From Octopus sinensis (taxonomy: Eukaryota), in assembly GCF_006345805.1 (NCBI RefSeq), contig NW_021836180.1, forward strand, positions 1-64,000: a stretch of DNA of 64,000 nt, read 5' to 3'. Both the position numbers and the translations under genes were made by a program. The notes below the pieces were generated by a model. It was not told the DNA's origin. It saw only the letters and a list, made by a program, of their open reading frames with translations, and searched no databases. Shown here in pieces: positions 23,592 through 37,650 of the stretch (within the stretch, counting starts at the first letter, position 1; the number at the start of each line of letters is the position of its first letter).

Positions 23592-25122
23592 CACACACAC
23601 ACACACACATACTCCTGCCACTGACACATATAATAAACATTCTCCTGCCAACTCACACATACACACACTCTTAAACCCACATCACCTCAGTAAGTCCCCT
23701 AACTCTCCCAGAACCTCACCCACTTATCTGCCTGGCATCTAGACTGACAAGCAGAGGTGGAGTAAAAGGGACGGGTGGGCGGGTGGAAGGAGAATTAAGG
23801 CAAAGGGGGTTGTGGTAGTGGTAATGGTGGTGAAGTCTGATCAGACACAAGCACATGCAAAATATGTTTGGTTTTGTTTAAAGTACTGAGAAATTTGAAA
23901 ATAAGCCTTTATCTAAGAAACACAAACACAAATGAAATTATAAATAAATATATATATATAGGCGTAGGAGTGACTGTGTGGTAAGTAGCTTGTTTACCAA
24001 CCACATGGTTCCGGGTTCGGTCCCACTGCGTGGCACCTTGGGCAAGTGTCTTCTACTCTAGCCTCGAGCCGACCAAAAAGCCTTGTGAGTGGATTTGGTA
24101 GACAGAAACTGAAAGAAGCCCGTCGTATATATGTATATATATATGCGTGTGTGTGTTTGTTCCCCTAGCATTGCTTGACAACCGATGCTGGTGTGTTTAT
24201 GTCCCCGTTACTTAGTGGTTTGGCAAAAGAGACCGATAGAATAAGTACTGGGCTTACAAAAGAATAAGTCCCAGGGTTGAGTTGCTCGATTAAAGGCGAT
24301 GCTCCAGCATGGCCGCAGTCAAATGACTGAAACAAGTAAAAGAGAGAGTGTAATATAAACAACAGCTCATAAAAGATTGAATAAATATGGCCCTTTTGGC
24401 ACTTAGAAGGAAAAAACAAACGAAAAAAAGGAGTGGCTGTGTGGTAAGTAGCTTGCTTACCAACCACATAGTTTTGGGTTCAGTTCCATTGCATCGCACC
24501 TTCAACTATAACCTCGGGCCATATATATATATACACGACGGGCTTCTTTCAGTTTCTGTCTACCAAATTCACTCACAAGGCTTTTGTTGGCCCGAGGTTA
24601 TAGTTGAAGGTGCCATGCAATGGAACTGAACCCAAAACTATGTGGTTGGTAAGCAAGCTACTTACCACACAGCCACTCCTGCACCTACGAGTAAGAAACT
24701 TTAATTTGATGTTTTAGAAAATTGTCAGGGCTTCCTTGGCCTGGTGGTTTATGATGGTCATTCCACTCTCAATGGCAACACAACATTATGTGGTTGGTAA
24801 GCAGCTACTACTACTTACCACACAGCCACTCCTGCACCTACGCACCTAAGATAGAAACTTTAATTTGATGTTTTAGAAAATTGTCAGGGCTTCCTTGGCC
24901 TGGTGGTTTATGATGGTCATTCCACTCTGCAATGGCAGACACAACATCCAATTCTTGTACATAACTCTTCCCACCTTTTTTTTCATTTGTTTTTTCCTTC
25001 TAAGTGCCAAAAAGGCCATATTTATTCAATATCTTATGAGCTGTTGTTTATATTACCCTCTCTCTTTTTTACTCTTTTACTTGCTTTAGTCATTTGACTG
25101 CGACCATGCTGGAGCCCGTCAA

Positions 25123-25167
<45 letters not shown>

Positions 25168-25231
25168 CACACGACGGGCTTCTTTCAGTTTCTGTCTACC
25201 AAATCCACTCACAAGGCAATATATATATATA

Positions 25232-25666
25232 TATGGCAGAGTTAATAGTCAAGACTATTTAAGCATTTTATCTGATCAAATTCATCCTATGGTTGTGGAA
25301 CTGTTTTTTTTTCAGGATGATAATGCACCAATTCACACAGCTAAAGTTGTTAGTGAATGGCACAAGGAACATTCTAGTGAAGTCAAACATCTTATCTGAC
25401 CTCGACAGTCCCCAGATCTCAATATTATTGAACATTTTAGAAAAACAAGCAAGGAGTTGATATCCTCCACCATCATCACTACAAGAACTGGAGACTGTTT
25501 TAGCTGGAGAATGAACAAAAATTCCTTTGGAAACAATCCAAGCTTTGTAAGAGTTCATACCTCATAGAATTCAAGGTGTAATTACAACCAAAGGCAGTCC
25601 TAACCCATATTAAAATAAATTTGTTTGAAATTTTAAGGCATTTCCATTATTTTGTCCAAACCCTAC
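25232..25666 (+). mobile_element. Tc1/mariner-type transposase 3' fragment with probable right TIR
   Basis: GRVNSQDYLSILSDQIHP...FQDDNAPIHTAKVVSEW...SPDLNIIEH is the DD34E catalytic region, with stops. It ends TTTCCATTATTTTGTCCAAACCCT followed by TA. Confidence 0.85.
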
Positions 25667-27377
25667 ATATGGGTGTGCGTGTGTGTGTTTGTCCCCCACT
25701 ACCATCGCTTGACAACCGATGCTGGTGTGTTTACAACCCCTGTAACTTAGTGGTTTGGGAAAAGAAACCGATAAAATAAGTACTAGGCTTACAAAGGCTA
25801 TGTCCTAGGGTCAATTTGTTTGACTAAAGGCAGTGCTCCAGCAAGGCCGCAGTCAAATGACTGAAACAAATAAAAGAATACAAGCAAGCTATTACTGCCA
25901 CTACTACTGCTACTACTAATAATAATGATAATAAATTTCAAATTTTGGCACAAGGCCAGCAATTTCAGAGGAGGGGATAAATCAAATACATTGGATGCAG
26001 TGTCCTAATGATTCTGCCAGCTTACTGCCTTAATAATAATAATTATTATTATTATTATCATTATTTCAAACTTTTATCACAAGGGCAGCTTGGGGAGGGG
26101 ATTAAGTCGATGTAATCGACTGCAGTGTGTAACTGGTACTTATTTAATCGACCATGAAAGGATGAAAACCAAAGTCAACCATGGCGGAATTTGAACTCAG
26201 AACGTAGCGACGGGTGAAATACAGCTAAGCATTTCACCCGACGCACTAACGATTCTGCCAGCTCGCAGCCTTAACAATAATAATAATAATACCACAACTG
26301 CTGCTGCTGCTACTATTACCACTACTACCACCATCGCCTCCACCACAACCAACATATCACTATGGGTGCACAAGAAATAGAAATGGGATCAAACACAGAA
26401 TAATTTTTTTCTCAAATGCTCAGAGCGCTCCATAAAAGTAGTTTATAGGTTTTGTTACCTAACTGGCATAATAAGGAATGGGAGAGGGTGTTCCTAGGGA
26501 AGAATTCTGTTTTAAGCACCCCATTATAATCCCCTCATAACTTTTTAACTTTTGGGGATTTTCAGAAAATTTTTGCAAATCTTTGTTCTACACAAGGGAA
26601 TTTATACAATTATGCAATAACCCACCACCATTAAAAAATGTTTGGTGTGTGATTTAAAGGATATTTAGCTGCTCTTTTTAGCACATCTCCCAACCTCCTG
26701 ACATCCTCCTCGTTTCTTTGTCACTCTGATGTATTGATGCTTTTAACTCTTTTGATACCAACCCGGCTGAAACTGGCTCTGGCTCTGAGTACAAATGTCT
26801 TGCTTTCATAAGTTTTGAATTAAAATCTTCCACCAAACCTTAGTCACAATTTATGTTCCCAACACTTGCTTAATGATAACTAAGTTATTATACTAAATTC
26901 TTTGTTATATTTAAAGTAATTGAAAGAAACACAGAGCATCTCAACAGAAATACAGTAACGAAAGGGTTAAATATCTTTCTCTTCATAAACACAATCACCT
27001 ATTCCTGGGATTTAAGCACAAAATTTGGACTGTCTGTATTTTAAACTTAGATTTTACAAAAAGAATTTTAATTAAAAATTTAAAAACTTGAAAATATTTT
27101 CTTTCTATAGACATATGAATTCTAGTGTGTATAACACAAATTTGCAAAAATTGCCTGAAAATTCCAAAATGTAAAAAATTTATGAGCTGTAGCTCCTAGA
27201 ATAAGAATAGGCTAGGCAAAGTTCAGAGGGCTTCTACCTTTGTTGGTAACAAAGGGCCCCTCCCTCAGAGTGACAGGTAGATTATATGATGCTTGTGTGT
27301 AAACAGCCATGCTACATGACAGTGAAACATGGGCTGTGACTGCAGATAAGATGCGAAGGATTGAAAGAAATGAGGCA

Positions 27378-27855
27378 AGGCAGTGAGCTGGCAGAAACGT
27401 TAGCATGCCGGGCGAAATGCTTAGCTGTATTTTGTCTGCCGTTATGTTCTGAGTTCAAATTCCGCCGAGGTCGACCTTGCCTTTCATCCTTTCGGGGTCA
27501 ATTAAATAAGTACCTATTTCTTTGCTACCTACAAGGGACTAAACACAGAGTGGACAAACACGGACAGACAAACGGATTAAGTCGATTACATGGACCCCAG
27601 TGCGTAACTGGTACTTAATTTATCGACCCCGAAAGGATAAAAAGCAAAGTCGACCTCGGCGGAATTTGAACTCAGAACGTAACGGCAGACGAAATACGGC
27701 TACGCATTTCGCCTGGCGTGCTAACGTTTCTGCCAGCTCGCCGCCTTAAATAAGTACCGGTTACACACTGGGGTTGATGCAATCGACTTAATCCCTTTGT
27801 CTGTCCTTGTTTGTCCCCCCTGTGTTTAGCCCCTTGTGGGCAATAAAGAAATAAG
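27378..27855. mobile_element. SINE B (+) interrupted by an antisense SINE B (27515-27745) with a 13-bp TSD
   Basis: TTAAATAAGTACC occurs at 27502-27514 and 27746-27758, and the host SINE resumes after the second copy. Confidence 0.85.
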
Positions 27856-27874
27856 AAATGAAGCAAGTGTGCTT

Positions 27875-28075
27875 TGCTGGATGTGCAATGTCAGTGTGCA
27901 TGTACGACAGAGTGTAAGCCTTTGGAAAAAAAAAACTGGGCTTAAGAGGAATTATATGTGATGTGCAAGAAAGAAGATTGCACTGTTATGGTCATGTGGT
28001 GCATATAGATGACAACTGTGTAAAGGAGTGTTGATCTCAAACTGTGGAGAGAACATGAATTGAACAGCAGGAACT
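27875..28075 (+). mobile_element. RTE-clade LINE ORF fragment
   Basis: KLGLRGIICDVQERRLHCYGHVVH corresponds to the RTE RRLRWYGHV motif. Confidence 0.7.
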
Positions 28076-28435
28076 GCTAGCAACCACTGACCAACAACAA
28101 TCAAGGCAATCCCAAATTCTTCCTCCCCTTCTCCCCCTCCTTCTTCTTCCCTACCAGGAATTCACAAAGACCTTGAACCCACAAGAGTAGACAAAAGAGA
28201 CAGAGAAAGGCAGAAACAAGGAAAATGTCACTTATATTTGAACACTATACAAATATTCTTTAAAAAAAAGCTTTTCTTTTAATTTTTCTAAATTTAATTA
28301 TTTAATTGTTACAGTTGAAAAGCTCTCAAATGACCGAAACTGGTACTGAAATGTTCTGTATAAAATTATTTTAGTATTTTCTATCTTGACTTGTTTTTTT
28401 CATATATATCAACTTGTGTGTCCCTTTTCATCCTT

Positions 28436-28469
<34 letters not shown>

Positions 28470-28784
28470 TATAATAATTTGAGGGAATATTATTCCTAAC
28501 TTACAGGGAAAAATTCAATTTAGAAATACTAAATCAAATTTCACAAAATATAATATATATATATATAAAAATTAGAAAAAAAAACACCTTTTATCAATTC
28601 AAAATGAACAATCAAATTACACTATCTAGAAAATTACAATAGAAATATTAAATATTACTTAATCATCGGTATATTATTGTTATTTTATATTTAATATTTC
28701 TATTATATGTAATTTTCTAGATGGTGTAATTTAATTGTTCATTTTGAATTGAAAAACGGTGTTATTTTCTATATATATATATTT

Positions 28785-29810
28785 AAAGTTTCAGCTCAGA
28801 GGTATGGTAATGCTGATGCACTACACTGTTATTACTAGGAGCCTCCTCTAATATGTGGCACTTGATGAAGAATGGAGTTTGATATAGCTACCCTCATTTG
28901 CACCTCTTGCCATGAGGTAGGCTCATCTGGGACTCTCAACAGGAAGAGGTCCAGCTTTGATTTAAAAACCCCTACATCTACTTTGTGCAAGTTCCTCAGA
29001 CTCTTTGGGAGAATATTAAAAAGCTGTGGGCCCTTGAAACCCAGGCTGTTGCAGTAACTGGTCCTGAAGCGTGATGGCATTGCTGGGATCTTTGACACCA
29101 TGCAGTGTCGTCCCGTTCTGGCATTGGTATAGCTTTCAATGCCAAAATTTGGCACAATTCCTTCCAGGATCTTCCAGATATATATTACTGCATACCTCTC
29201 CCGTCTTCTTTCCAGGGAGTAGAGTCTTAGCTGTTTCAACCTTCCCCAGGAGTTGAGCTGTTGCAAAGAGACGATCTTCTTTGTGAATCTTCTCTGGATT
29301 ACTTCGAGGTCCGCTGTTAATCTTACACTGGTGGGTGACCATAGCTGTGAGTAGTAGGTGGCTGAGGATGAATGTCTGCCAGAGGATAATCATGGTTTCC
29401 TTATCTCTGGTTCTGAATGTTCTTAGGATCCACCCAGCCAGTCGTCTGCACTTTGTCGCCATCCTGGTAATGTGCACTTGGAAAGAGGTATCATCACTCA
29501 TGTCGATACCCAGGTTCCTCACTGACTTAGGCTCTGGGATTGAAATTCCCAGTGGACCGGTGTACCCTGTAGGTTTAATATTCAGTTTTGGATGCTGGTA
29601 GTGCAGGGCCTGGAATTTTTCAGCATTAAACTGCATATTATTATCCTCAGCCCATCTGTAAATTGAGTCCAACTCCTACTGCAGGTGTGCAACATCACTG
29701 GGGTTCTGTATTTTCTGTGAGACTTTCGTATCATCTGCATAGCTTGCCAGAGTGGCTATCCGGGCATTTGAGGGTATATCTGAGAGGGCCACTATAAAAA
29801 GCAGTGGTCC
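28785..29810 (-). mobile_element. CR1-clade LINE 3' fragment of about 1 kb (RT C-terminal half to 3' end)
   Basis: LASYADDTKV, WAEDNNMQFNAEKFQALH, VRNLGIDMSDDTSF, RRLAGWILRTF, LKQLRLYSLERRRERYAVIYIWKIL; 3' tail ends GAGCTGAAAC. Confidence 0.92.
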
Positions 29811-29984
29811 CAATACATTTAATAAAAATGGTAAGACAACAAAAAAATTAAAGAGACCTCGATATTATGTAAATAGAGGAATTTATCTGTAAATGTAATA
29901 TGTGACAATTATTCGGCAGCCATGATAAAACTCTGAGTTTCGGATGCCAAGGTGGAAATCCAACCATTACCAGGCCATCAGATG

Positions 29985-30027
<43 letters not shown>

Positions 30028-33000
30028 CTTGCGAATACATGTTGGGGCAAGCGAAATCGAAATCGAATTGAACCAGCCAGGATCCCTAGTCTGGTGGTAC
30101 GTAAAAAGCACTATCCGACTCGTGGCCGATGCCAGCACCGCCTTGACTGGCCTCCGTGCCGGTGGCACGTAAAATACACCAATCCGGCCGTGGCCGTTGC
30201 CAGCCTCGCCTGGCACCTGTGCAGGTGGCACGTAAAAAGTACCCACTACACTCACGGAGTGGTTGGCGTTAGGAAGGGCATCCAGCTGTAGAAACATTGC
30301 CAAATAAGACTGGGCCTGGTGCAGCCTTCTGGATTCCCAGATCCCCAGTCGAACCGTCCAACCCATGCTAGCATGGAGAACGGACGTTAAACGATGATGA
30401 TGATGATATATATATATATATATTTCTTTACTGCCCACAAGGGGCTAAACATAGAGGGGACAAACAAGGACAGACAAAGTGATTAAGTCGATTACATCGA
30501 CTCCAGTGCGAAACTGGTACTTTATTTATCGACCACGATAGGATGAACAGCAAAGTCGACCTCGGCGGAATTTGAACTCAGAACGTAACGACAGACGAAA
30601 TACCCCGCTAAGTGCACTAACATTTCTGCCAGCTCCCCACCTTCATATGTATATATGTACACACACACACACACACACAACATACATATGCAAGTGTAAC
30701 ATGCACACACAGCACATAACCATCCGTTCATATATGTGCTGAATGCTCTGCATGCTGTCAAGAAGTAACTTCCTCTCCTTTGTATAAACACATACACTCC
30801 TACGCTCCATCCTCTCTCTCTCGATGCTTCATACCTTCTCTTGCTTCAATTATTTCACACTCATCATCCTGACAAAAACTAACAATGTCACAAATCCCAT
30901 CTCCCCCTCTTCCGGCTCCCCACCACACACATATCTGGCAATAATACAACTTATACTACCACAAACCACCACCACCACTGCCACCAAGAACAAAAACAAT
31001 AACCACCATCACCACCACCACCACCACCACCATCAAAATCCACTGAGTACCACCACCACCACTATGAACTAACTCTCACTGCCACCCTCAGTACCCAGAC
31101 AGCTAAACTATACCAATGCCATTATCCCATCTCCAACTACACAGAAAACAAGCAAGCTGGATCTTATCTCATCTAATTCAAGATGTCAGACACAAACACA
31201 CACACACACACACCCTAATACAATGAACAAACACACATCTACACACACACACACACACACATACATACACACAATTTTCTCCAGACACCTCAAATTACAT
31301 TTACACACCACATGAGGTGTTGCTGGGATTTCACACACAATTACTTCCATGAACTACATGTATCCACTAATATGACACACAGACACACATACACACATAC
31401 ACACACTCATGTATACACAAATGCTTGTCTTAAAACATGTCTTATGCACACACTCCACACCAGCACAAACTATTCTAACCTTAACACATCAAATTACACA
31501 CATACATGCACACAAACATTTATTTTCAGTCATTTAATTATATATATATGCACAGGCATACAAATATTTATCTTTACACATCTAAATTTATATATACTCA
31601 CACACACATATATATAAGTGAATACACACACACACACACACATAGATATATATCATCATTATTTAACATCCATTTTCCAAGGGAGCATTTCTTTACACAT
31701 TTATATGTGTGTGTGTATACACACACATTCAACCTACTCATAAACATATGTCTTTATATATCTAATCATACACACACCCACACAGCCATACATTATCATG
31801 AGCATTTAGCTTTACACATTTAATTACATTCATAACATACACAGATGTTCACATTTCCCCAAAAACACGCACAGCTGTTCGCACACACAGACAGACAGAG
31901 CAGACTGTTGACTCACTTGTCAGTAACAAGTCCTGCCATAACAAATTAGGTCCAGTGTCACCAGGAGTCAACGAGAGAGCCTGCCTTATTAATGGTTGTA
32001 CGAGCCTGCTAGACATGGTAGCCAAAATTTCTCTCAAACCACACTTTACTTTTAAAAAAAGGAAGTAAATGCAAACTGGGTAATGAAATCCTAGACAGAC
32101 ATACAACAAGAGGTGGTTATGGTTGGAATGCCTTTGATAAATAGGTCTGCTGGATCAAGGCTGACCAGAGGGAGGAGTTAACTAACAACAGGTATCACAG
32201 CTACAATTGCCTACCACTGGAACTAGTTTTTTTTTTTGTTTGTTTGTCTGTTTGTTGGTTTTTCTTTATCTGAGAGAGGTTAATATAAAAATCTGTTGGG
32301 ATTAATGGAGAATCTTGCCTCTCACAATATAAAAACATTTCTCATGGCACCAGCAGACAAAATGGAAAAGGTTGTTGCCCAGGAAAACAGCAAGGGACTA
32401 GTATTTGCGGACAGCAATCTCCGCCCTGATAGCAGTGAGCAGAGATATGGTCCAGCAGCCAAGAATACTGGGAGGGGGTCTCAACTGCCACATGTTCAAC
32501 CATATAACCTATCGAAGAGTGATCAATTCTTTGACAGTTTTTTTTTTTTCCTCAGCCTGAAAAGTTGTGGAGCCTGGACTGGTAGCTGACAACACCAAGT
32601 TTCCACTGGAGAAAGTGTCACAGCATGTGGCATCTCAGATGAGGGGGTCTATCACCATGGAATGGGGAAAATTGTCATACTGTCTGGCCTTCTACCATTT
32701 CCTCGGTCTAACTCCACCACTGACTCGAGCTGGGAAGGGAAACCTGTAGTGTCTAGGCCATGTTTTATGACTGCCATTAGCAAGGAGAAGCAATAACACC
32801 TGAAACAACTACTCACATTCACTTCAAGCACTGGAACCATAGCCATCACAATCAGCCCTGTCACCATGACGACCACCCCCACTACTATCACCATCATGAC
32901 TACCACTCCCAGGTGACTAGGCTTATTCCTAGTTGGTTGGTCAGTCGGTCAGCCAGTTGGTTGGTCAGTGTACCTTGCTCAATAGCCAAATCTCATAAAC

Positions 33001-33380
33001 TCTTTTAATCCTCTCTTAATCCTTCAGCATACAAATTAGCCATATCCTACCCAAACATTCTACCTGTTCTGTGTTCAAACTGGACAGATCCAGCCACTCA
33101 CACCTATCCGACAATGTCATTCTTAAAATAAACAATCACATCATTGAAATCTCAAAACTATGAAATAATGCATGAATAAATACGTACTGCATGAATAAAT
33201 AGGCGCAGGAGTGGCTGTGTGGTAAGTAGCTTGCTAACCAACCACATGGTTCCGGGTTCAGTCCCACTGCGTGGTATCTTGGGCAAGTGTCTTCTGCTAT
33301 AGCCCCGGGCCGACCAATACCTTGTGAGTGGATTTGGTAGACGGAAACTGAAAGAAGCCTGTCGTATATATATATGTATG

Positions 33381-33426
<46 letters not shown>

Positions 33427-34791
33427 TGTGTGTGTGTGTTTGTGTGTCAGTGTTTGTCCCCCTAGCATTGCTTGACAACCGACGCTGGTGTGTTTACGTC
33501 CCCGTCACTTAGCGGTTCGGCAAAAGAGACCGATAGAATAAGTACTGGGCTTACAAAGAATAAGTCCTGGGGTCGATTTGCTCGACTAAAGGCGGTGCTC
33601 CAGCATGGCCGCAGTCAAATGACTGAAACAAGTAAAAACAAAAACAAAACTGTATTTACATTTGTCAGAGCAACCTGAACGCTAACAGGTTAAACAAAAT
33701 GCTTAACCCTTTGACATTTGACATGGCCATATCCAGCCCAAATATTCTATATGCTTTATGTTCAAACTGGCCAGATCTGGCTCTCACACATACCCTACCA
33801 TGTCATTCTAAAAATAAATAATCTTATCATTGAAATCTCAAAGCTGCAAAACAATGTACGATTAATTTAAAACATTGAGTAAATATGATTTACATTTGAC
33901 AGAATAATAATCTGTGAATGTTAAAAGGCTTAAAACAGGAATGGCATATTTCAAGACTTAAGCGCATAGTTTGACATCCATCAGGCATGTAACAGTCTAA
34001 AGCGAACCTTTACAGAGTTGCACAGTCTTCTAAAAATAGCACCCAAATCTCCCTCAAATTCTAAGTCTTAGTCCTTTTGTTGTGGCATTTCTGTTGACAT
34101 ACCACTATCATTGTTTCAATTAATTTTGAAATAATGAAGATTATAATAAAACAAATTTGTGATTACTAATCTGTGGCAGGGTTAGACCCAAGAAGACGAG
34201 GGACGAAGTGGTGAGAAAGGATCTTCAGATGTAGGACCTCACAGAGGGGATGACAAGGGACTGAGACTTCTGATGGTTGCTGTGCTTGAGAAGATACGTC
34301 AAGCTTAGTAATATTGTGGTCATCATTGTATACAAGCATGTTCCCTCCCGGAGTGGTTGGCATTAGGAAGGGTATCAAGCTGTAGAAACCTTGCCAGATC
34401 AGATTGCAGCCTCCTGGCTTGCCAGTCCTCAGTCAAACCATACAACTCATGTGGTATTAAAAGGGGTAAACCCTTTTGATACCACATCAAGCAAAGTTCA
34501 AGACACATCCCTAAAATTTAGCCTCCCTATATCTCTCTCTATCCGCTCAGTCGAAGTCGACTCTCGGTCACTCGTTGGATCAGTGTCCTCCAGTCAGTTC
34601 TATCCTGGGCCGTTTCCTTCAGATTGGCCTTGTAAATTATATTAACATATAGTCATTAAACTAGCACCTTAACTTCACATTCATTATACCCCATAGAAGT
34701 TTTTGAGTGAAGCAACAAGTATCCTTTAAGAGGCTTTTAGAAACATTTATACATTTACAATGCAAGATCCCAGCAGATGGATAATACTTAC

Positions 34792-34923
34792 TCGTAGTCT
34801 TTCTTCCCAGCTCATAGGCAGCAGTTTGATCAGATCTATAGTGTCACCCAGCTCTGTAATTAAAGACACCAAAGTAACATCATCGCCGTTGTACTGTTCT
34901 TCAGGGATGCAGTAACCCAATAC
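34792..34923 (-). CDS. PKDCC: PKDCC coding exon 2 (44 codons)
   Basis: Acceptor ttttctttcAG at 34925-34924 and donor CGA|GTAAGT at 34791. VLGYCIPEEQYNGDDVTLVSLITELGDTIDLIKLLPMSWEERLR parallels human LYGYC...[23 protein letters not shown]. Phase 0-0. Confidence 0.95.
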
Positions 34924-35846
34924 CTGAAAGAAAATGGAAACCGTCAGCACACTGTTATTGAAACAAAGAATATGGAAAAAAATCAGTAAACGTGCAGAAA
35001 GCATTAAACTACATACAACCCCCACATGCAAGAGACTACAGTTGGTAGCAGGTACCATATTTTTATTTGCTTTAGTTGTCTATGTGGTTACAAGCAAGCA
35101 GAGGTAGGTATTATGACGTGGGTATACATATCTGGTGTAAAATACATAGGAGTGGCTGTGTGGTAAGTAGCTTGGTTACAAACCACATGGTTCCAGGTTC
35201 AGTCCCACTGCGTGGCACCTTGGCCAAGCGTCTTCTACTATAGCCTCGGGCCGACCAAAGCCTTGAGTGGATTTGGTAGATGGAAACTGAAAGAAGCCCA
35301 TTGTATATATGTGTGTGTGTGTGTGTTTGTGTTTGTCCCCCCCCCCCAACATCATTTGACAACTGATGCTGGTGTGTTTACGTCCCCATAACTTAGCAGT
35401 TCGGCAAAAGAGACCCATAGAATAAGTACTAGGCTTACAAAGAATAAGTCCTGGGGTCGATTTGTTCGACTAAAAAGGCTGTGCTCCAGCATGGCCACAG
35501 TCAAATGACTGAAACACGTAAAAGAGTAAAAAGAGTACACAAATAACTAGTTGGTTGAGGCTATCTAAAAATAACCCATCACAGGAATATATGTTAACAC
35601 AGAATGCACTCCGTAGTATTCGAACGTCAGTACGATACTCAGTATTCACTGTTCAGCTACCAACTGTTAAACCAGCACACATAGACCAAACATGGTAAAC
35701 CAACATGGTTGAACTAATACTGTCAACTACCACCCTGACAGTTCACTCAGTCTTTATCTATTGTAATTGTTTAGTCCACCTTCAGTCACATGGGGGTGTT
35801 CAGGATTCTCCCATAACAATAAATACAAGTTGTTTTTGGAACCACC

Positions 35847-35943
35847 TATTTGACATCGTTGATTCGATGCTGACTTATTTGACATCGTTGATTCGATGCT
35901 GACTTATTTGACATCATTGATTCGATGCTGACTTATTTGACAT
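35847..35943. repeat. 29-bp minisatellite, 3.3 copies
   Basis: TATTTGACATCGTTGATTCGATGCTGACT repeated at 35847, 35876 and 35905, partial at 35934. Confidence 0.95.
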
Positions 35944-37650
35944 ATGAATGTTTCTCATAGTGTCTCCTCCCTTCATCTCTTCTGCCGTGTTTATGCGTGT
36001 GAGCTTATTTCTCTTTATGCATATGAGGAGAGGGAACATGCTTATGTCAGTCGTGTTCAATAACTAAATTGTAATAACTCTCTCTTTCCATGTGTATATT
36101 TCTGTACATGCATGCTGTGTGTGTGTGTTTGCCCTCAGTGCTAAAAAGTACTGTCACTAAAACATGGTCAATAATACAGTCAGCCATTCCAAGTTGTCAG
36201 TGTCCAAAAGGCTACACCTTATTCTCGCATTCTGAACACAGACTCCACTTTGGACCCCTTCATTCTTAACCCAGTAGAACATTCAGGACTGACAGTTGAA
36301 GAGAAAAAGGACAGCCCAAGCACTTAGTGGGAACTTATTTCAGCAGTGTAGTCTGGACTAACATGAAACGAAGCATTTTGCACAGGGACACAGTATACTG
36401 CTCAGTCCAGGAGTCAAGCAACATCGCTGTGGGATGGAGAACTCCGAGCATGGTGAGACTAGTCATCTCACTGCAACTCTTAGTATATAAACCTCCAGTC
36501 AATGATGCGGAGGCATGTGGGTTCGTTGTTAGGGGTGTTGGTCTCATGATCGTAAGATTGTGGTTTCGATTCCTGGACCAGGCGATGTGTTGTGTTCTTG
36601 AGCAGAACACTTCATTTCATTTGCTCCCATCCACTCAGCTGGCAAAAATGAGCATTCCTGCAATGGACCAGCATCCCATTCAGGTGGGGAATATATATAT
36701 ATATATATATATATTCCATGAAACTGGCCCTTATAGAGTCTGTATGACTTGAGAAGATAACTTCAGTCAACTACACAACTGAATTCTTATTCTTTTATTT
36801 GTTTCAGTCATTTGACTGCGGCCATGCTGGAGCACTGCCTTTAGTCAAACAAATCGACCCCAGGCTTATTCTTTATAAGCCTAATACTTATCCTATCGGT
36901 CTCTTTTGTTGAACCACTAAGTTATGGGGACATAAACACACCAACATCAGTTGTCAAGCGATGGTGTTAGGAAGGGCATCTGGCTGTAAAGACCCAGTCA
37001 AAACAAACTGGGAAGCCTGGTGCAGTCTTCTGCCTAGCCAGCCTCTGTCAATCCGTCCAACCCATGCCAGCATGTAAAACAGATACATGATGATGAGTAT
37101 TATGTATGTACAAAAACGATGTACTCTGTAGAAATTCAAAGCCACTGAAAGAAATATGTTTGCTCAAGACAGTTCTATTGCAAACCTGCAAAAGTGAATG
37201 AGCGAATGGGAATTTTGAGAGAAGTGTCTATGAAACTAGTTTTTAAATATTGATGGCTGTTGGGGTCCACCAGAGTAAAACAGTAATCAAAAGGGTCCAT
37301 AGGCATTTAAAAAAAAAATGGTTGAGAACACCTGATGTAAATGCTGAAACCAATCTTTCAGAAATCAATAAGTTGAGAAATTATAATCATACTGACACTT
37401 AGAATAAGCACAAATCCATGCAATTAGAAAGAAGAAATAGTCAATTAATTGTATTGATTCTAGTATTTATCTGGTGCTTCTCTTATTGACTGACCCTGGA
37501 AGGATGAAAAGCCAAGTTAGCCTTGGTGTGATTTGAACACAGAATGTAAAAAAAGTGTCAGTAAACACTGTCCAACACACTACCAACTGTACCAATCTAC
37601 CGCCCTTGAAAAAATTATAATCCAAGTAATGATAATACAGTTTCGATTAC

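Noticed and set aside
32296-32749. Plus-strand ORFs in apparently unique intronic sequence
   Set aside because: Short, with no recognisable domain and no linked splice sites. Cannot be supported as a nested gene without expression data.
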